64,000 bases of DNA from the human T2T-CHM13v2.0 reference genome, Homo sapiens. Location: the NCBI RefSeq assembly GCF_009914755.1, contig NC_060926.1; one strand, written 5' to 3'. How positions within the stretch are numbered: the stretch's first letter is position 1; each line of letters begins with the position of its first letter. Both the position numbers and the translations under genes were made by a program. Positions 41,975-56,800 of the stretch are shown here, in pieces. The notes beneath the pieces were generated by a model. It had not been told where the DNA came from. It did no database searches and saw nothing but the letters and a program-made list of their open reading frames with translations.

Positions 41975-42170
41975 TGCAGTTTTCAAATGATTTTTACAAT
42001 GTAAGTTATCATACCTGATTCAATAAGCCCGCAAGTTCACCCACATATGACGTCCACTTTACAGATGATGAAACTGTGGCCCAGAAAGTTTAAGGGATGT
42101 GTCAAATGTCACACAGCTCACAGATCCAGGGACATGGCTTAAATCCAGATATCTTGATTCTAACTTCAGT
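41975..42170 (-). mobile_element. MIR
   Basis: CACTTTACAGATGATGAAACTGTGGCCCAGAAAGTTTAAG core. Confidence 0.75.
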
Positions 42171-43001
42171 TGAGGAAGAGAAAGAGTGCTGCCCCACGCT
42201 GCCTGATTTACAACGTGAAGTGAAATCTTTGAAAAGAAAAATAAGACAATGTCACTCAAGCTCTTATCTGAGGATTTCCTGGGTTTGAAGACAGAGCTCA
42301 AACTCATACAAGGTGATTTTACAGGTTTTAGAAAGACCTTCTGTTTCAAATAAGATGTTTTCTATCAACTCATTGGCATTTGTTGTTTCTTACCCAGGGG
42401 TCATCTGAGTCTGCAGATAGGCTTGCTTTATGCTGCTCCGTCAGATCTCTTCTAAAGATTAGTGCGCAATTCTGGACATTACATTTTAATGGTAACATGG
42501 ATTCAACTAAAGGGTAAGCAAAGGACACCGACAGGAATAGGGAGGGTGCCATTTATAGAGAAAAGACTGAGAGGTCCATATTGTTATTTTACCTGAAAGA
42601 TATAATAAACAGAGGATGCTGTTTATCATGAGTAGATGCTGATGAGAAAATATTTCAATGTGTGTGGTGTGTGTATCTCTGTGTGCATGTAACAACAACA
42701 AAAAAACACTTTCTAGGCATGAGAGCTACTTAATGGCTCATAAGACTTTAAAGGTCATGTGGTCCCCATCAGTAAAGGTGATTAAGGAGAAATTAAACGC
42801 ACATATGTATCACTTATTCTGACCATAGACAACAGAGGCTATTCCTCTCAGGCAGTTGGCAGGTGCAGTAAACTAAGGTTAGGAAAAAGAAGAATACCAA
42901 GAAGCAATGACAGTTCTGAACTCTGCAACAAAATTATCAGCCCCAATATGAAGGAAGTGGTAGCCAGAGAACACTTAGATAAAATTAAAAGGAATACATG
43001 A

Positions 43002-43650
<649 letters not shown>

Positions 43651-43899
43651 TGAGAAAGCAAGTGGGAATATAATAGTGAATAAGATTCAGACCTTAGCGT
43701 ACTTACAGTCTAGAATGAATATAAAAATAAGTGAGCAATTAAAATGCAGTATGATCAGAATAATGAATTAGTGGATATGGAACATTTTTCATGCCTGTAA
43801 AATTCCCTAACTGCCCATTTCTGATAGGACCAGTCTCTGAACTTTGCCAGTTTGAAGGGAAAATGAGTGGGTGAAAAAAATGAGGCATACTGATTAAGA

Positions 43900-44620
43900 A
43901 CATTAGTTATGGTGTTATGCAGACCTGGGTTTAAATTCTGACTCCTCCACTCAGTGTTACAGGATGATTTTCCACGAATCTGTTATATTTCCACACATCT
44001 TTGGAGCAACGATCTTTGTTTCAGACTCTCTTTTCAAGGACGTTTGAATAGCAAGCAACCTTGGAAGACAGAATGTCTCCCTTTGGAATAAATGTCATAC
44101 ATACTTACTGTCCACTATAATATGTCTCTCTTCAGAGCAAAAGGAAGACATGCTCACTTTCCATTAAAAAATATTTTTGTTCTCTGCACTCAGGGTTTCT
44201 CTCCCATAATAACCCATTGAATGCGCAGGTGTCACCTGGCTCTATTTATATAGCCCAGTGGGAATCAGGACTTGGGAAACTGATGCAAATGATATTCTGG
44301 CTATTGATATTGCTGTGAATAATAAGTTGTCCTTCAGGTCTGACCTAGGAGTCTGATGTCTTTTATGTATGTCCATGAAAGGGTGTCACGTTAACTTGTC
44401 AGCTTGCAGATAAGGTACAATCTCAGACCGTTCACCATTCTTGACACTCACTAACCAGGAAATTTGGGGCAAATTATTTGCTCTCACTAAGCTCCTATAT
44501 TTTTAGTCATAAACTGGGGCAGAGCAAGTGTCCCAGTATCATTTAATACTATTAAATGCAGCAACTTCTGTGTAGCTCTTTACCCAATATATAGCATATC
44601 TCATCAACATTAGCTAATAC
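43900..44620 (+). mobile_element. MIR split by an LTR insertion
   Basis: CAGACCTGGGTTTAAATTCTGACTCCTCCACTCA resumes at 44447 as CTCACTAACCAGG...TTGGGGCAAATTATTT. Confidence 0.7.
43955..44446 (+). mobile_element. ERVL-class solo LTR, LTR47-like
   Basis: TG...CA ends; 3' end GCTTGCAGATAAGGTACAATCTCAGACCGTTCACCATTCTTGACA; TSD CTCAG/CTCAC. Confidence 0.75.
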
Positions 44621-46114
44621 TCACATGGGAACATAAAGCTGAGATGGAAAGTACGGAGGTATTGAGGTAAATATAGGCTGTTCCTGATGCTATAGGCAGG
44701 ATTTACTTGCTATCAGAGATTGAAATAGATTATGAATAAAATACCAGCTCCAACTGAGCACTATTGGCTGCCTAAGCTGCTGTGATGAGAAAGATTTTGA
44801 AGCAAAATCTGGACTGAGCAGAGAAGATTGCCTGATAGAGTATTGATGTTTGCTATGGGTCTTGACTAGGGGAAAATGAATTACACATTCTTCATATTTG
44901 CCTCTTGTGTTAAGATGTTATGTAATATCTCTTCCACCTCTATTTGATTCTATACCACAAACTTCCATCTTTGAAAGAAGACATAAAATGCAAATAATCC
45001 TGGAAGAGGAAATACAGTGATTTAGTTATCTCATTTAATTATCTAGGGGTACATTTGCAATTAGTTTATCTTGAAGATTTTCATCAGAATGATACACTAC
45101 TCATAATTAAACATGCTGCGGGTACTTTATTAAGATTGGTTTATAGTCGTTCTGGTGCTAACAATTGCAAATGCATCCCTACCTGCAGATCCTCTCATGT
45201 TGGTACTCTTGGGATGCAAATTTACTTCAAAAATCTGTAGCCATTCTACCTTGGGAGTATTTACCATGTGCCTAAGGATGAGTCTGAAAGGATCAGATGG
45301 GCTGACTTCACTGCATCATGCCAGAGAAGGTTCCAATAATACTCTTTAAGGGGCTAGTCCCTTGTCTCTGCCTTCATTTTAAGCGACCTGCAGGGCCTTC
45401 TCCTATGGCAATAAATATTCTTATGGAAAGAAATTTGGCAAGATGTATCTTAAAAATGTTCACTGACTTGGATCTGATTATGTCTAGGAATTTATCCTGG
45501 GAAAATAATTGCAGCTGTGCACATTGATTTATGTACAAGGTTACTCATTATAGAATGTTTGATGTTTTTAAAATACCATTTTTGCAAATGAAGATACAAT
45601 AAATAAATTATAGTTAACCATATTGCCTTAACAGTCATTAAAATAATATATTTGGATAAATTTAATGACATAGGAAATTTATCTCATGTAATATTAATGA
45701 AGAAAAATTGGGTATATATAAACAAAATTATTAGAAACAAATGTTTAAAAAAAATAGGATATTTATCCCACAAATAGAATATGTGTGGAAAGAGATGTTT
45801 AATTTTTGTTTCATTTCAGGTGTAAAAAGTATCCATTTTGCAGAGCAATTCTGTAGGCTAGACTGCATTCTAGAAGAACTGACCTATACTCAGAAACAAC
45901 AGTGTATGATCTGAGATGAATTGTTTCATGTGCCCCACATTCTTTTAACTTCTAGAAATAACATATTGATTTTCGTATCCCAGATACAACTTCCTCACTA
46001 TGGGAAGTCTTGGTAGGACTATTGATCAGGGTGTCTGCCCTCTTCTTCCTGGCCAAGGTGGCACACACATGACCCAGTCTAGGATAATGGACAATCTCAG
46101 GGATTTGGATTGCA

Positions 46115-46307
46115 GGAACAGGAATGAAAATTGATATTGACCTAACCCTGTAACAATGGCCTGAAGACACGGACGATTATTATTATTATTATTATTATTA
46201 TTATTTGCTACAGAGAATCCTATTGCTATTTTGTCCTCATCTTTCTGAACCTAACTCTTCAGCTATTCATCCTTGACCTACAAACTAACCTGCTAATAAG
46301 TATGCTT
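46115..46307 (+). repeat. 193-bp direct repeat, copy 1 (within an old LTR-like segment)
   Basis: Aligns by eye to 48668-48860 at roughly 85-90% identity. Confidence 0.92.
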
Positions 46308-47247
46308 TCGTTAAAGTTACCCAGAATTGGACTTTGTGTCTTATAACTACAGAGACATAAGATAATAAAATAAAAATATATGTATACATGTGCTGTTCAT
46401 GTGGTACGGATCTAAGATCCAAAACCAATGAGGCTCCTGGCCACACCCCAGTCTATGACCTCCTTTGTATGTAGGACGCCGAGCCCTGCCTTCATGCTCT
46501 CTTGTAGGTTGCCAGTCCTGGGCAGCCACTTTCAGAACTCAGCTCCTTTCCACTTGTTTTCAACTGGCACACTAACCAGAGGGGCAGGCATTGCCCAGTG
46601 AATTGTCAAAGGCACCCCGCTCTACACAGCTCTTTGTGTAGCCACCTCCCAGACGTCCTGCACTGATTACCTGCAGTGGGTGGCATTATCATCAGAAAGC
46701 CAGGGAATGATGCTTCTGGAATCCATTTTTTATTTCAATGCAAGAATCCTTTGATTTTCATGTATGCTGAATGGATTTTTCTTCTAGTGGCAATTATTGC
46801 TCCAATGGTTGGCATTTTCCATTCACATGGTTTAAATTCAGTGATATTACAATCTCTGAATAACTTGAAAAGTCTCAGCTTGACTTATATGATTCCCCAC
46901 CCCCTTTGGAAAAGTTTCACATAATAGGTCTCTATACCAGTGCACATTGAAGAATTAATGAAACGCAATAGCCTCCTACCAAATGAGGTTCTTATGAGTT
47001 AACTCTAAATACTATCCAAATGCTTCTACCAAGAATACTTCTATTCTGAATCTTCCCATCCAGGCCTTTTTTAATAAAGTCCAGTTCAAAATTCAGTCCT
47101 TCTAGATTAATGCTGAAAGAGCTTAATGTTTTTTAAAAAACCAATTTTGTATCTGCTAGCACTAGGCTAGATACATGTTCAATCTCTTGCAAGCTATGTG
47201 ATTTTTAGTGAAGTTGCTCAACTTTTCTGAGAATCAGTTTCTCAGCT

Positions 47248-47337
47248 ATATATATATTTATATATATAATATATAATATATATAATACAAATATTATATA
47301 TATAATATATTATATTTATATATATAATATATATATA
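47248..47337. repeat. AT-only quasi-palindromic (TA)n tract inside a MIR (about 47160-47430)
   Basis: About 90 bp of almost pure A/T; MIR motifs on both flanks. Confidence 0.85.
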
Positions 47338-48044
47338 AAGTCTTAAATACATTTTTGTGAGAATTAAGAAAGATAGTGTATGTAAAGTACTTGGTATTTG
47401 GGAGGTATACACTAAGTGTTAAATCCTTTGTACTTGTAGTATTTTAACTTTGTTTTCTGTATTTGACTGTATGTATTCCCGTAACTTATGCACTTTATTT
47501 ATATGGAGCTGATTTGTTGTTGTTAATATTTTATTATGGAATGTGTTTTTTTTTTAAAAAAAGCAAAATGTAACAAATCAACAAATAAAACATTATAGTA
47601 TGATGATATCTTTCCAGAAAAGAAATAAAATCTCCTCACATTTTTCTTCTGTTTCTCCACAAATACTATTACATGTTGTTTCTACATACACTGACCAGTT
47701 GTTCAATTTTCCCTTAAGAGACAGTAATAAATAGCATATGTTTATATAGCATTACACTATTTTTCAGTGTTTCATATTCATTGCTACATTTGATTGTGTT
47801 CTTGTGGTTTGTTCTCTCATAGGCTACATTGATGGCTAACTTCCATTTCATAATGTATAAAAATTGCAGTAACAGTGTGATTATTCATGGTCCCACCAAG
47901 GACAAAAATAACGCAAAGACAATGACCTCTCCTTTACTCCTTTCATACACTCACTCACACTTGTCCAGAGTTTCCTCTTGCTTTCTACTCTTCTGAAATC
48001 CTGTTCTGAGGAATTATTAGTCACGGTAAAGCATAAATATCTGA

Positions 48045-48444
<400 letters not shown>

Positions 48445-48667
48445 AAATAGTTTTAATATGAAGAAAACTTCAGAGTTTTGGGAGCTAATCTGTGTATATT
48501 GAGAGAGGGCAATTTATTTTTTCCTGCTCAGTCTATTAAAGTTGGTCAGACTATCAGAAATAAAGTGACAGTAGACTGTCTAGAAACATGATTAAATACA
48601 GAAAACATTTTGCTTTGTGTTGCATTGGCTTATGTTTTGTCTCTGGCCTGCTCCGCTAAGCATTTAG

Positions 48668-48860
48668 GGAACAGGAATGAAAAATTAATATTGACCTAAC
48701 CCCTGTCACAGTTGCCTGAAGAGACAGACTATTATTATTAGTGTTATTAGTATTATTTTGCTACAAAGAACCCTGTTGCTATTTTGTCCTCATTTTTCTG
48801 AACCTAACTCTTCAGCTATTCATTCTTGACCTACAATTTAACCTTCTAATAAGTATGCTT
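48668..48860 (+). repeat. 193-bp direct repeat, copy 2
   Basis: GGAACAGGAATGAAAA...TGAACCTAACTCTTCAGCTATTCAT...CTAATAAGTATGCTT shared with 46115-46307. Confidence 0.92.
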
Positions 48861-49372
48861 ATTGTAAGTACATCATTCTTATCCTAGACACTCAATAAGG
48901 CACATAGTCCTGCATTAAAGACCCAGTCAACCGTGTATGTCCTATTGATGTCAATAACTACACACTATGGAATAGCATGATTTTATACTCAGAAGTCCAA
49001 GATCCCTCCTTGAAGCCCATTGGAAGAAACCCACATCTGTAGGTCTTCAGCCCAGAGATCCCTATGTGATTAGGAAGATATTTCCTAATTGATAAAAAAG
49101 AACAGAGATTTCAAACTTTTTTTCCAATAGTGGAAGCTATTTATTCTCTGACATTTGTCTTTCACAAAATATTGCTTTACAAATTATATACAAGTATGTT
49201 ATCCTTAGTTGATTCAGGGAAAAATATTTCCCAGCCATGTCTACTAAACCTCTCATGCTCCCTTTGGCAGCTCTGAGGCACCTCCACAAAGCCCCAAATT
49301 TGCATAAAGTCCTGGTTTAAAGATGCTTATTTTCATAATGTTTTGCATCTCTCTAGAAAGTTTCTTCAGGCA

Positions 49373-49584
49373 CTGGGGGACTCCAAAATGTGGGAAGGCA
49401 GAGTGGAGGAGAGGTTGAAAACTACCTATTGGGTACCATGTTCACTGTTTGGATGATGAGTTCAATTAAAGTCCAAACTTCAACATTACCCAATATATCC
49501 ATGGAACAAACCAGCATGTGTACCCCCTAACCTAACATTTTAAAATATTAAATACATAAATTAATGAATATTTTTTGAAAAAGA
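49373..49584 (+). mobile_element. Short L1PB-type 3' end
   Basis: GTTGAAAACTACCTATTGGGTAC...ATGTGTACCCCCT; 18-bp TSD (16/18) AGAAAGTTTCTTCAGGCA / AGAAAGTTCCTTCAAGCA. Confidence 0.9.
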
Positions 49585-49714
49585 AGAAAGTTCCTTCAAG
49601 CAACCATAAGAAAAATGGCTCAAATTCTTTTTGGAATAGGGTGAACTACGGTGAAACAAACAAATAAATAAATAAATCTTGGTGGAAATTTCCAGAGAAA
49701 CTTTTCTCAAGAGC

Positions 49715-49965
49715 TATTAGTTAAGAGCTTAAAGTCTCGAGCAGGAAGAACCTAGGTTCACATTCCTGCTTTGACATCTACAAGGTGAATTACCTTGGGT
49801 GATTTACTTAGCTTTACTAAGCCTGTTTGTTCAAGGTTAAATGAAGATAATAATAGTACTTTACTTAAAGGGTTGTTGGGAGAATTAAATAAAATAAGTC
49901 TTAGTGTCTAGCATAGTTATGGCATATGTGAAGCACAAAATAAATGTTGCCTTTCATTATTTATG
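49715..49965 (+). mobile_element. MIR
   Basis: CCTAGGTTCACATTCCTGCT...ACCTTGGGTGATTTACTTA...GGGTTGTTGGGAGAATTAAAT. Confidence 0.8.
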
Positions 49966-51758
49966 TCATTATAGTTTTTTTCCAAATCTGTAATGCATTT
50001 AATACCGAACCTGCGAAAACTCACTTTCTCCTTTTTTTCTTCTAATACTTGCTAATCCATTATTCTATCTCCTTTGTACACCAACCATTACATGTACATA
50101 CTGACTGGCCTCAGGTCGCATGGCTTTTAAATGCCATAATGAGGATTCAATGATCTTTCTACTACATCTGACCACTCTAAAATACTCGGAAAAATAATTT
50201 TGTTACTCTTTTTCCTACGTCTCCTAGCCTTCCTTTTTTTTTTTTTTTTTTTGGTAGTGTTGAAGAAAAACACTTAAGATTCAGCAGCCAAGAACTAGTG
50301 ACCAAACAGTCCCACAAGGAAGAGCATGTAATCTAGATATACCCCTTTATCAGGTATAACATGATGATCCCATCAGACAAGTCAGGATACTTGGCACACC
50401 CCATTTAATAAATCAGGATCCAGAGACAAGAACAGTTGTCACTGGAAGGACTTGTGTACAGAGCAGTAAAACAAGGGTAGAAGTAGGTATAGGTGGCTCA
50501 GAATATGGCCAAGATCCTTTAAAGAGCATAAAATGTCACAGGCAACATGGTATGGACCCCATTGCTAGAACCAAACAACAAAATGCAAAACGACTTACTT
50601 TGGACTCCTATGAAAACAGTACTCTATCAATTGATGTTTCATTTTTAAAAGGACTATATTGTTCTATTGGCATCATATCATTTATTATTCATAATAATCC
50701 TATATAGTAGGTGTTGATGCTTTTCTCAGATAAGGGAAATGAGGTTTAGAATGGCTGAATTATCTGATCAAAATTTCAGATTTTGGAAGTGACAGTTGTT
50801 TTGGGGGCACAATTTCCTGATCTCAGTACCTGGTTCTAGAATGTACTGATGGTAAAATCTGAGAGTAGAACCTATCACAGAACTTTCCTAGAACTAAACT
50901 TTCACAAAAAGAAGAGTTATTCATGACAACCAGAGATATTCTGGGGGCAATCTAGATGTGGAGACAGCAGCAAAGCGGAGCTTGAGGCTTGCAATGCTCT
51001 CGCCAATTCTCTCAGAGTTTCAAATATCTCAGTCTGAGCTAAAATTTGTGGTTATGTGTCTGCTTCTGCCTAAAAGGTAACTAGGGTATGAAGTCAATTA
51101 CCTAGGTCGCAGAGATTCCCAAAATACTTTAATTAATCTATTGAGGTAATCAAGGCAATAGTACTTCAGCATGAATACTATGAAAATGATTTATATTTGC
51201 CTCCATCTTCCCCTTGTCTAGACACAGCAGTCTTTACTAGGTCTTTTCCAGGACAATCTCTACACCACTTGGTGTCTTATTTGCCCCTCATCCCCCTGTA
51301 CCCTTTCTTTACTTTGATCATGGTTAAATACAAAGCAGTTCATTGCATTTATCTCTGCCACTACTCATGATGCCTGATATATCAGCCTTTTTGTAGGCCA
51401 GAGAACAAATTGCAATCGGCAGAGTAAAATTACTTGTCAAAGATCATGGAATATCAATACAATATTAAGATAGAAGTCATGATATGCAAAGTGGAAATTC
51501 CTCTTAGCAACATTAACTGACTCACCTTGTCCACAATTTGATATATCATGCATACTGATGGTATAGGCTTCTTTGCATATTCTGATTGCACAGTGGGTGA
51601 TATGCAGGCAAGAGTGAAATGTAAGTTTGTGGATAGGGTATTGCAGCATCAGTAGGTAATGAGATTGGGAAGAACATTTTAAAGCAGTTTATATTCAATC
51701 AAGCGTGCTATTCTTGCAACAAATAGTTATTAGGTATCTCTTATATTAAGGTTATTGA

Positions 51759-51920
51759 GCAGTGTTTCTTTGAAATTCTAACTCATGGGTTTCAGACATC
51801 TGTGTTTACTAAATATATTTTTCTTGGTTTCATCCCAGAATTTTTATTGAGAATCTCTAGGGTTAGGGCTAATAAATTGCCCCAAGTGATTCTGATTTGC
51901 TCTAACGTTTGAAGACTATT
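51759..51920. mobile_element. MER5A-like hAT MITE
   Basis: CAGTGTTTCT...CCCCAAGTGATTCTGAT...GTTTGAAGACTATT. Confidence 0.6.
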
Positions 51921-52335
51921 ATGCTATGTACTGGAGGTTAGAAACACAAACTATTCTGATTGTGAAGGAGAATATAAGCTGGTTGAAGATCCAGCCAAAT
52001 ATAAATGGAAAGATAATTAACATTCTATAGATTAGATACACCTATAGATTAGATATATTACAATGTAGTTATAGTATAATAGCCAACAATAGCTTGGAAG
52101 TCAGAGGAAGAATAGCATGAGTTTGACTGTTTCAGGAAAGCATCAAATATGGGTAAGATATAACAACAAAAAGCATGTATGTGAAGGCATCAGAGAGCTG
52201 ATGAAGACACCAAGTATTGAGAAACCATTATATTAGAAAGAAAGGAAGCCCATTGAGGTGTGGTCAATAGTCTGCATATTGCTTTTACTCTCAAGATATT
52301 TTCTTAATCTTTTTTTAAAAATTGAGGTCAAGTTA

Positions 52336-52542
52336 CGGTGAAACCCTGTCTCTACTAAAAACACAAAAATTAGCCAGGCGTGGTGGCGGGCGCCTGTAGT
52401 CCTAGCTACTCAGGAGGCTGAGGCAGGAGAATGGTGTGAACCCGGGAGGCAGAGCTTGCAGTGAGACGAGATCACGCCACTGCACTCCAGCCTGGACGAC
52501 AGAGCGAGACTCCTTCTCAAAAAAAAAAAAAAAAAAAAAAAA
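52336..52542 (+). mobile_element. 5'-truncated AluY
   Basis: Starts at CGGTGAAACCC; poly(A) tail; TSD TGAGGTCAAGTTA at 52323-52335 and 52543-52555. Confidence 0.95.
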
Positions 52543-53865
52543 TGAGGTCAAGTTAATATACCAGAAATTTTTTCTTTCTAAAAATTATTTCAGATTCATA
52601 GGGTACATGTGGAGCTTTGTTAAATAGATATATTGTGTAAAGGTGAGGTTTGTGCTTCTAGGGTCCCCATCTCCCAAATCGTGACAATTTTATCCAATAG
52701 GTAATTCTTCAACCCTTACCCCTCTCCTAACCTCCCCACTTTTGGAGTTCCCAATGTCTGTTACTTCCATCTTCATGTCATTGTGTACCCATTGTTTAGC
52801 TACCACTTATAACTGAAAACATGTGGAATTTGATTTTCTGTTTCTAAGCTGTTTCACTTAGGATAATGGCCTCCAGCTCCATCCATGTTGCTGCAAAAGT
52901 CATGATTTTATTCTTTTTTATGGTTGCATAGTATTCTATGATATATATATGCCACATTTTTTTTATTCCAATCCACCTCTGATGGACACTTAGGTTGATT
53001 CTATGACTTTGATGTTGTGAATAGTGCTGTGATCAACATACAAGCACAGGAGTCTTTTTTAATATAATAATTCATTTTCCTTTAGATAGATACCCACTAG
53101 TGGGCTTGCTGGGTCAAATGTTAGTCCTAGTTTTAGTCCTTTGAGAATTCTCCATACTGTTTTCCATATGTGGTCTACTAATTTACATTCTCACAAACAG
53201 TGTATAATCATTCCCTTTCCTCTGCATCCACACCAACATCTGTTGTTTTTTGACTTACTAATAATCGTCATTCTGACTAATGTGAAATGGTATCTCACTG
53301 TGGCTGTAATTTGCATTTCTCTGATGGTTAGCGATGTGGGGCATGTTTTAATATATTTGTTGGCCACTTGTATGTCTTCTTTTGAGAAATGTCAGTTTAT
53401 GTTCTTTCCCCACTTGTTAATGTTTTTGTTTGTTTGTTTTCTTGTTGACTTGTTTGAATTCCTTGTGGATTCTGGATATTACTTGTCTGAGATAATTTGT
53501 AAATATTTTCTTTAATTCTGTAGGTTACCTTTTTACTCTGCTATTTCTTTTTCTGTGCAAAAGGTTTTTTAGTTTAGATAAGTCCCATTTGTCTATTTTT
53601 GTTTCTGTTGCATTTATCTTTGAGATCTTAGTCATAAATTCTCTGCCTAGACCAATGTTCAGAAGAGTTTTTCTTAGGTTTTCTGCTAGAATTTGTATAA
53701 TCTGAGGTCTTACATTTAACTTCAAGCTATAGTTACATATAATCTATCTTGAGTTAATTTTTGTATATGGTGAGAAATGGGAGTCTAGTTTCATTCTCCT
53801 GCCTGTAGCTAGCCAATTTTTCCCAATACCATTTAGTGAACAGGATATCATTCCCATTGTTTATT

Positions 53866-56800
53866 TATGTATGTATTTATTTAACTTTTATTTTACAATC
53901 GGGGGTACATGTGCATGTTTGTTGCATAGGTATATTACATGATGCTGAGATTAGGAGTACAAATGAATCTGTCACTCAGGTAAAGAGCACAGTATCCAAT
54001 AGGTAGTTTTTTTCAACCCCTACCCCTCTCCATTCTTCCCTGCTCTTTTATTCCCCAGCATCTATTGTTCCCATTTTTATGACCATGTATACCCAATATT
54101 TAGCTCCTATTCGTGAGAACAGGTGGTATTTGGCTTTCTGTTTCTGTGTTAGTTCACTTATGATAATGTTTCCCACTGCATCCATACTGATGATGCAAAG
54201 GACTTAATTTTATACTTTTTGTGGCTGTGTAGTATTTCATGGTGTATATGTACCACATTTTCTTTATCCGATCCACCATTGATGAACATCGTATTTGATT
54301 CCATGTCTTTGCTATTGTGAATAGTGCTGGAATGAACATACAGACACATATGACCTTTTGATAAAATCACTTATTTTCCTTTGGTATGAGATTTCTGAGT
54401 CAAATGGTAGTTCAACTCTCAGTTCTTTGAGAAATCTCCAAAATTGCTTCCCACAGTGGCTGAACTAATTTGCATTCCTGCCAACAGCATATAACTGTTC
54501 CCTTTACTCTACAGCCTTATCAGCATTTGTTATTTTTTGACTTTTTAATAATAGCCATTCTGATTGGTGTGAGATGATATCTCGTTGTTTTTATTTGCAT
54601 TTCTCTAATAAGTCGTGATAATTAGCATTTTTTCACATTTGTTGACTGCTTGTATAATTTTTTTTTTCTGGTTGGTAGGTTTTTTATTACTAATTCAGTT
54701 TCAGAACTGTTATTGGTGTGTTCAGGTTTTCAATTTCTTCCTGGTTCAATCTTGAGAGATTGTGTATCTCCAGGAATTTATCCATTTTTTCTGGTTTTCC
54801 TAATTTGTGTGCATAGAGGTCTTCAAAATAGTCTCTGAAGATCTTTTGTATTTCTGTGAGGCTGGCTGTAATAATATCTTTGTCATTTCTGATTGTGCTT
54901 ATTTGGATATTCTCTCTTTTTTTCTGTGTTAATCTAGCTAGCAGTCTATTAATTTTGTTTATCCTTTCAAAAAACTAACTTTTGTTTGCATTGTTCTTTT
55001 GTATGGATTTTTGTGTCTCAATTTCTTTCAGTACTCCTCTGATGTGGATTATTTCATACCTTCTACTAGCTTTGGGGTTGTTTTGTTCTTTTTCATTGTA
55101 GTTCCTATAGGTGTGATCATAGATAGTTAATTTGAGATATTTCTAGCTTCTTGATAACTTCTTAAAAGTGTTTAGTACTATAAACTTTCCTCTTAACACT
55201 GCTGTATTAGTCCATTCTCACACAGCTATAAAGACATATCTGAGACTGGGTAACTTATAAAGAAAAGAAGCTTAATTGGCTCATGGTTCTGTGAGCTATG
55301 CAGGCTTCTGCTTCTGGGGAGCCTCAGAAAACTTACAATCATGGCGAAAGGCAAAGGGGAAGCAGTCCTATATTCAAATGGCCAGCAGGAGAAAGAGAGC
55401 AAAGGGGAAGGTGGCACACACTTTTTAAACAACCAGACCCCTTGAGAACTCTATCATGAGGCAGCACTAGGGGGATGGTGCTGAAATATTAGAAGCTACC
55501 CCCATGATCCAATCACCTCCCACCAGGACCCACGTCCAACACTGGATTGCAATTCAACATGAGATTTGGGTGGGGAGACAGAGCCAAACCATATCAACTG
55601 CTTTAACTGCATTCCAAATATTTTGGTATGTTGTGTCTGATTTCATTACATTTGAAGAATTTTTTAGTTTCTGGCTTAATTTTGTTTACCCAAAAGTCAT
55701 TTAGCAGCAAGTTGTCTAATTTCCATGTGATGGTATGATTTTGAGATATCTTCTTGACATTGAGTTCTATTTTTATTGCACTGTGGTCAGAAAGTGTGCT
55801 TGGCATGATTTCAATTTTTTGAATTTATTGAGACTTGCTTTATGGCCAAGGATGCGGACAATGTTAGAGTACGTACTGTGTGCAGGAGAGAATTGTTTTT
55901 TGTTTAAAGTCTGTTTTATCAGAATAGCAACAACCCCTCTTTTTTGTTTACCATTTGCATATAAGATCTTTCTCCGTTCCTTTACTTTGAGCCTGTGAGT
56001 GTCATTGCATGTGGAATGGGTTTCTTGAAGACAGCATACGGTGGGGTCTTGTTTCTTTATTCCACTTGTCATTCTATGCCAATTTAAGTGGGATATTTGG
56101 AACATTACATTCAAGATTAATATTGATACGTAAAATTTTGATCCTGTCATTGTGTCGTTAGCTTGTTGTTTTATAGACTTGATTGTGTAGTTGCTATATT
56201 GTGTCTGTGAGCTATGTGCTTAAGTGTGTTTTTGTGGTGGCAGATATCATTCTTTTGTTTTCATGTTTAGCACTCCCTTAAGGACCTACTGTAAGATCAG
56301 TCTAGTGGTCATGAATTCCCTTAGTGTTTGCTTGCTTGTCTGAAAATAATTTTATTTCTTCTTCACTTATTATGCTTAGTTTTGCAGGAAATTAAATTCT
56401 TGGTTGGAATTTCTTTTTTTTTAAGGATGTTAAAAATAGTCCCCCAGTCTATTCTGGCTTGAAAAGTTTCTGCTAAGAAGTCCTATGCTAGCCTGTTGGA
56501 GTTCTCTCTGTAAGTGACCTGGCCCTCCCTCTAGCAGTTTTAAAGAATACTTTTTCTTTTGAGTTGACCTTGGAAAACCTAATGCCATTGTGTCTTGGGG
56601 ATGATTGTTTTTTATAGTATCTCACAAGGGTTCTCCGAATTTCTTGAATTTGTGTGTCAACCTCTCTAGAAAGACTGGGAAACATTTCATAAACTATGTC
56701 CTCAAATATGTTTTCCAACTTGCTTATTCTCTCTCCATCTCTCTCAGGAATGCCGATGAGTCATATGTTTGGCTTCTGTACATAATCTCACATTTCTCAA

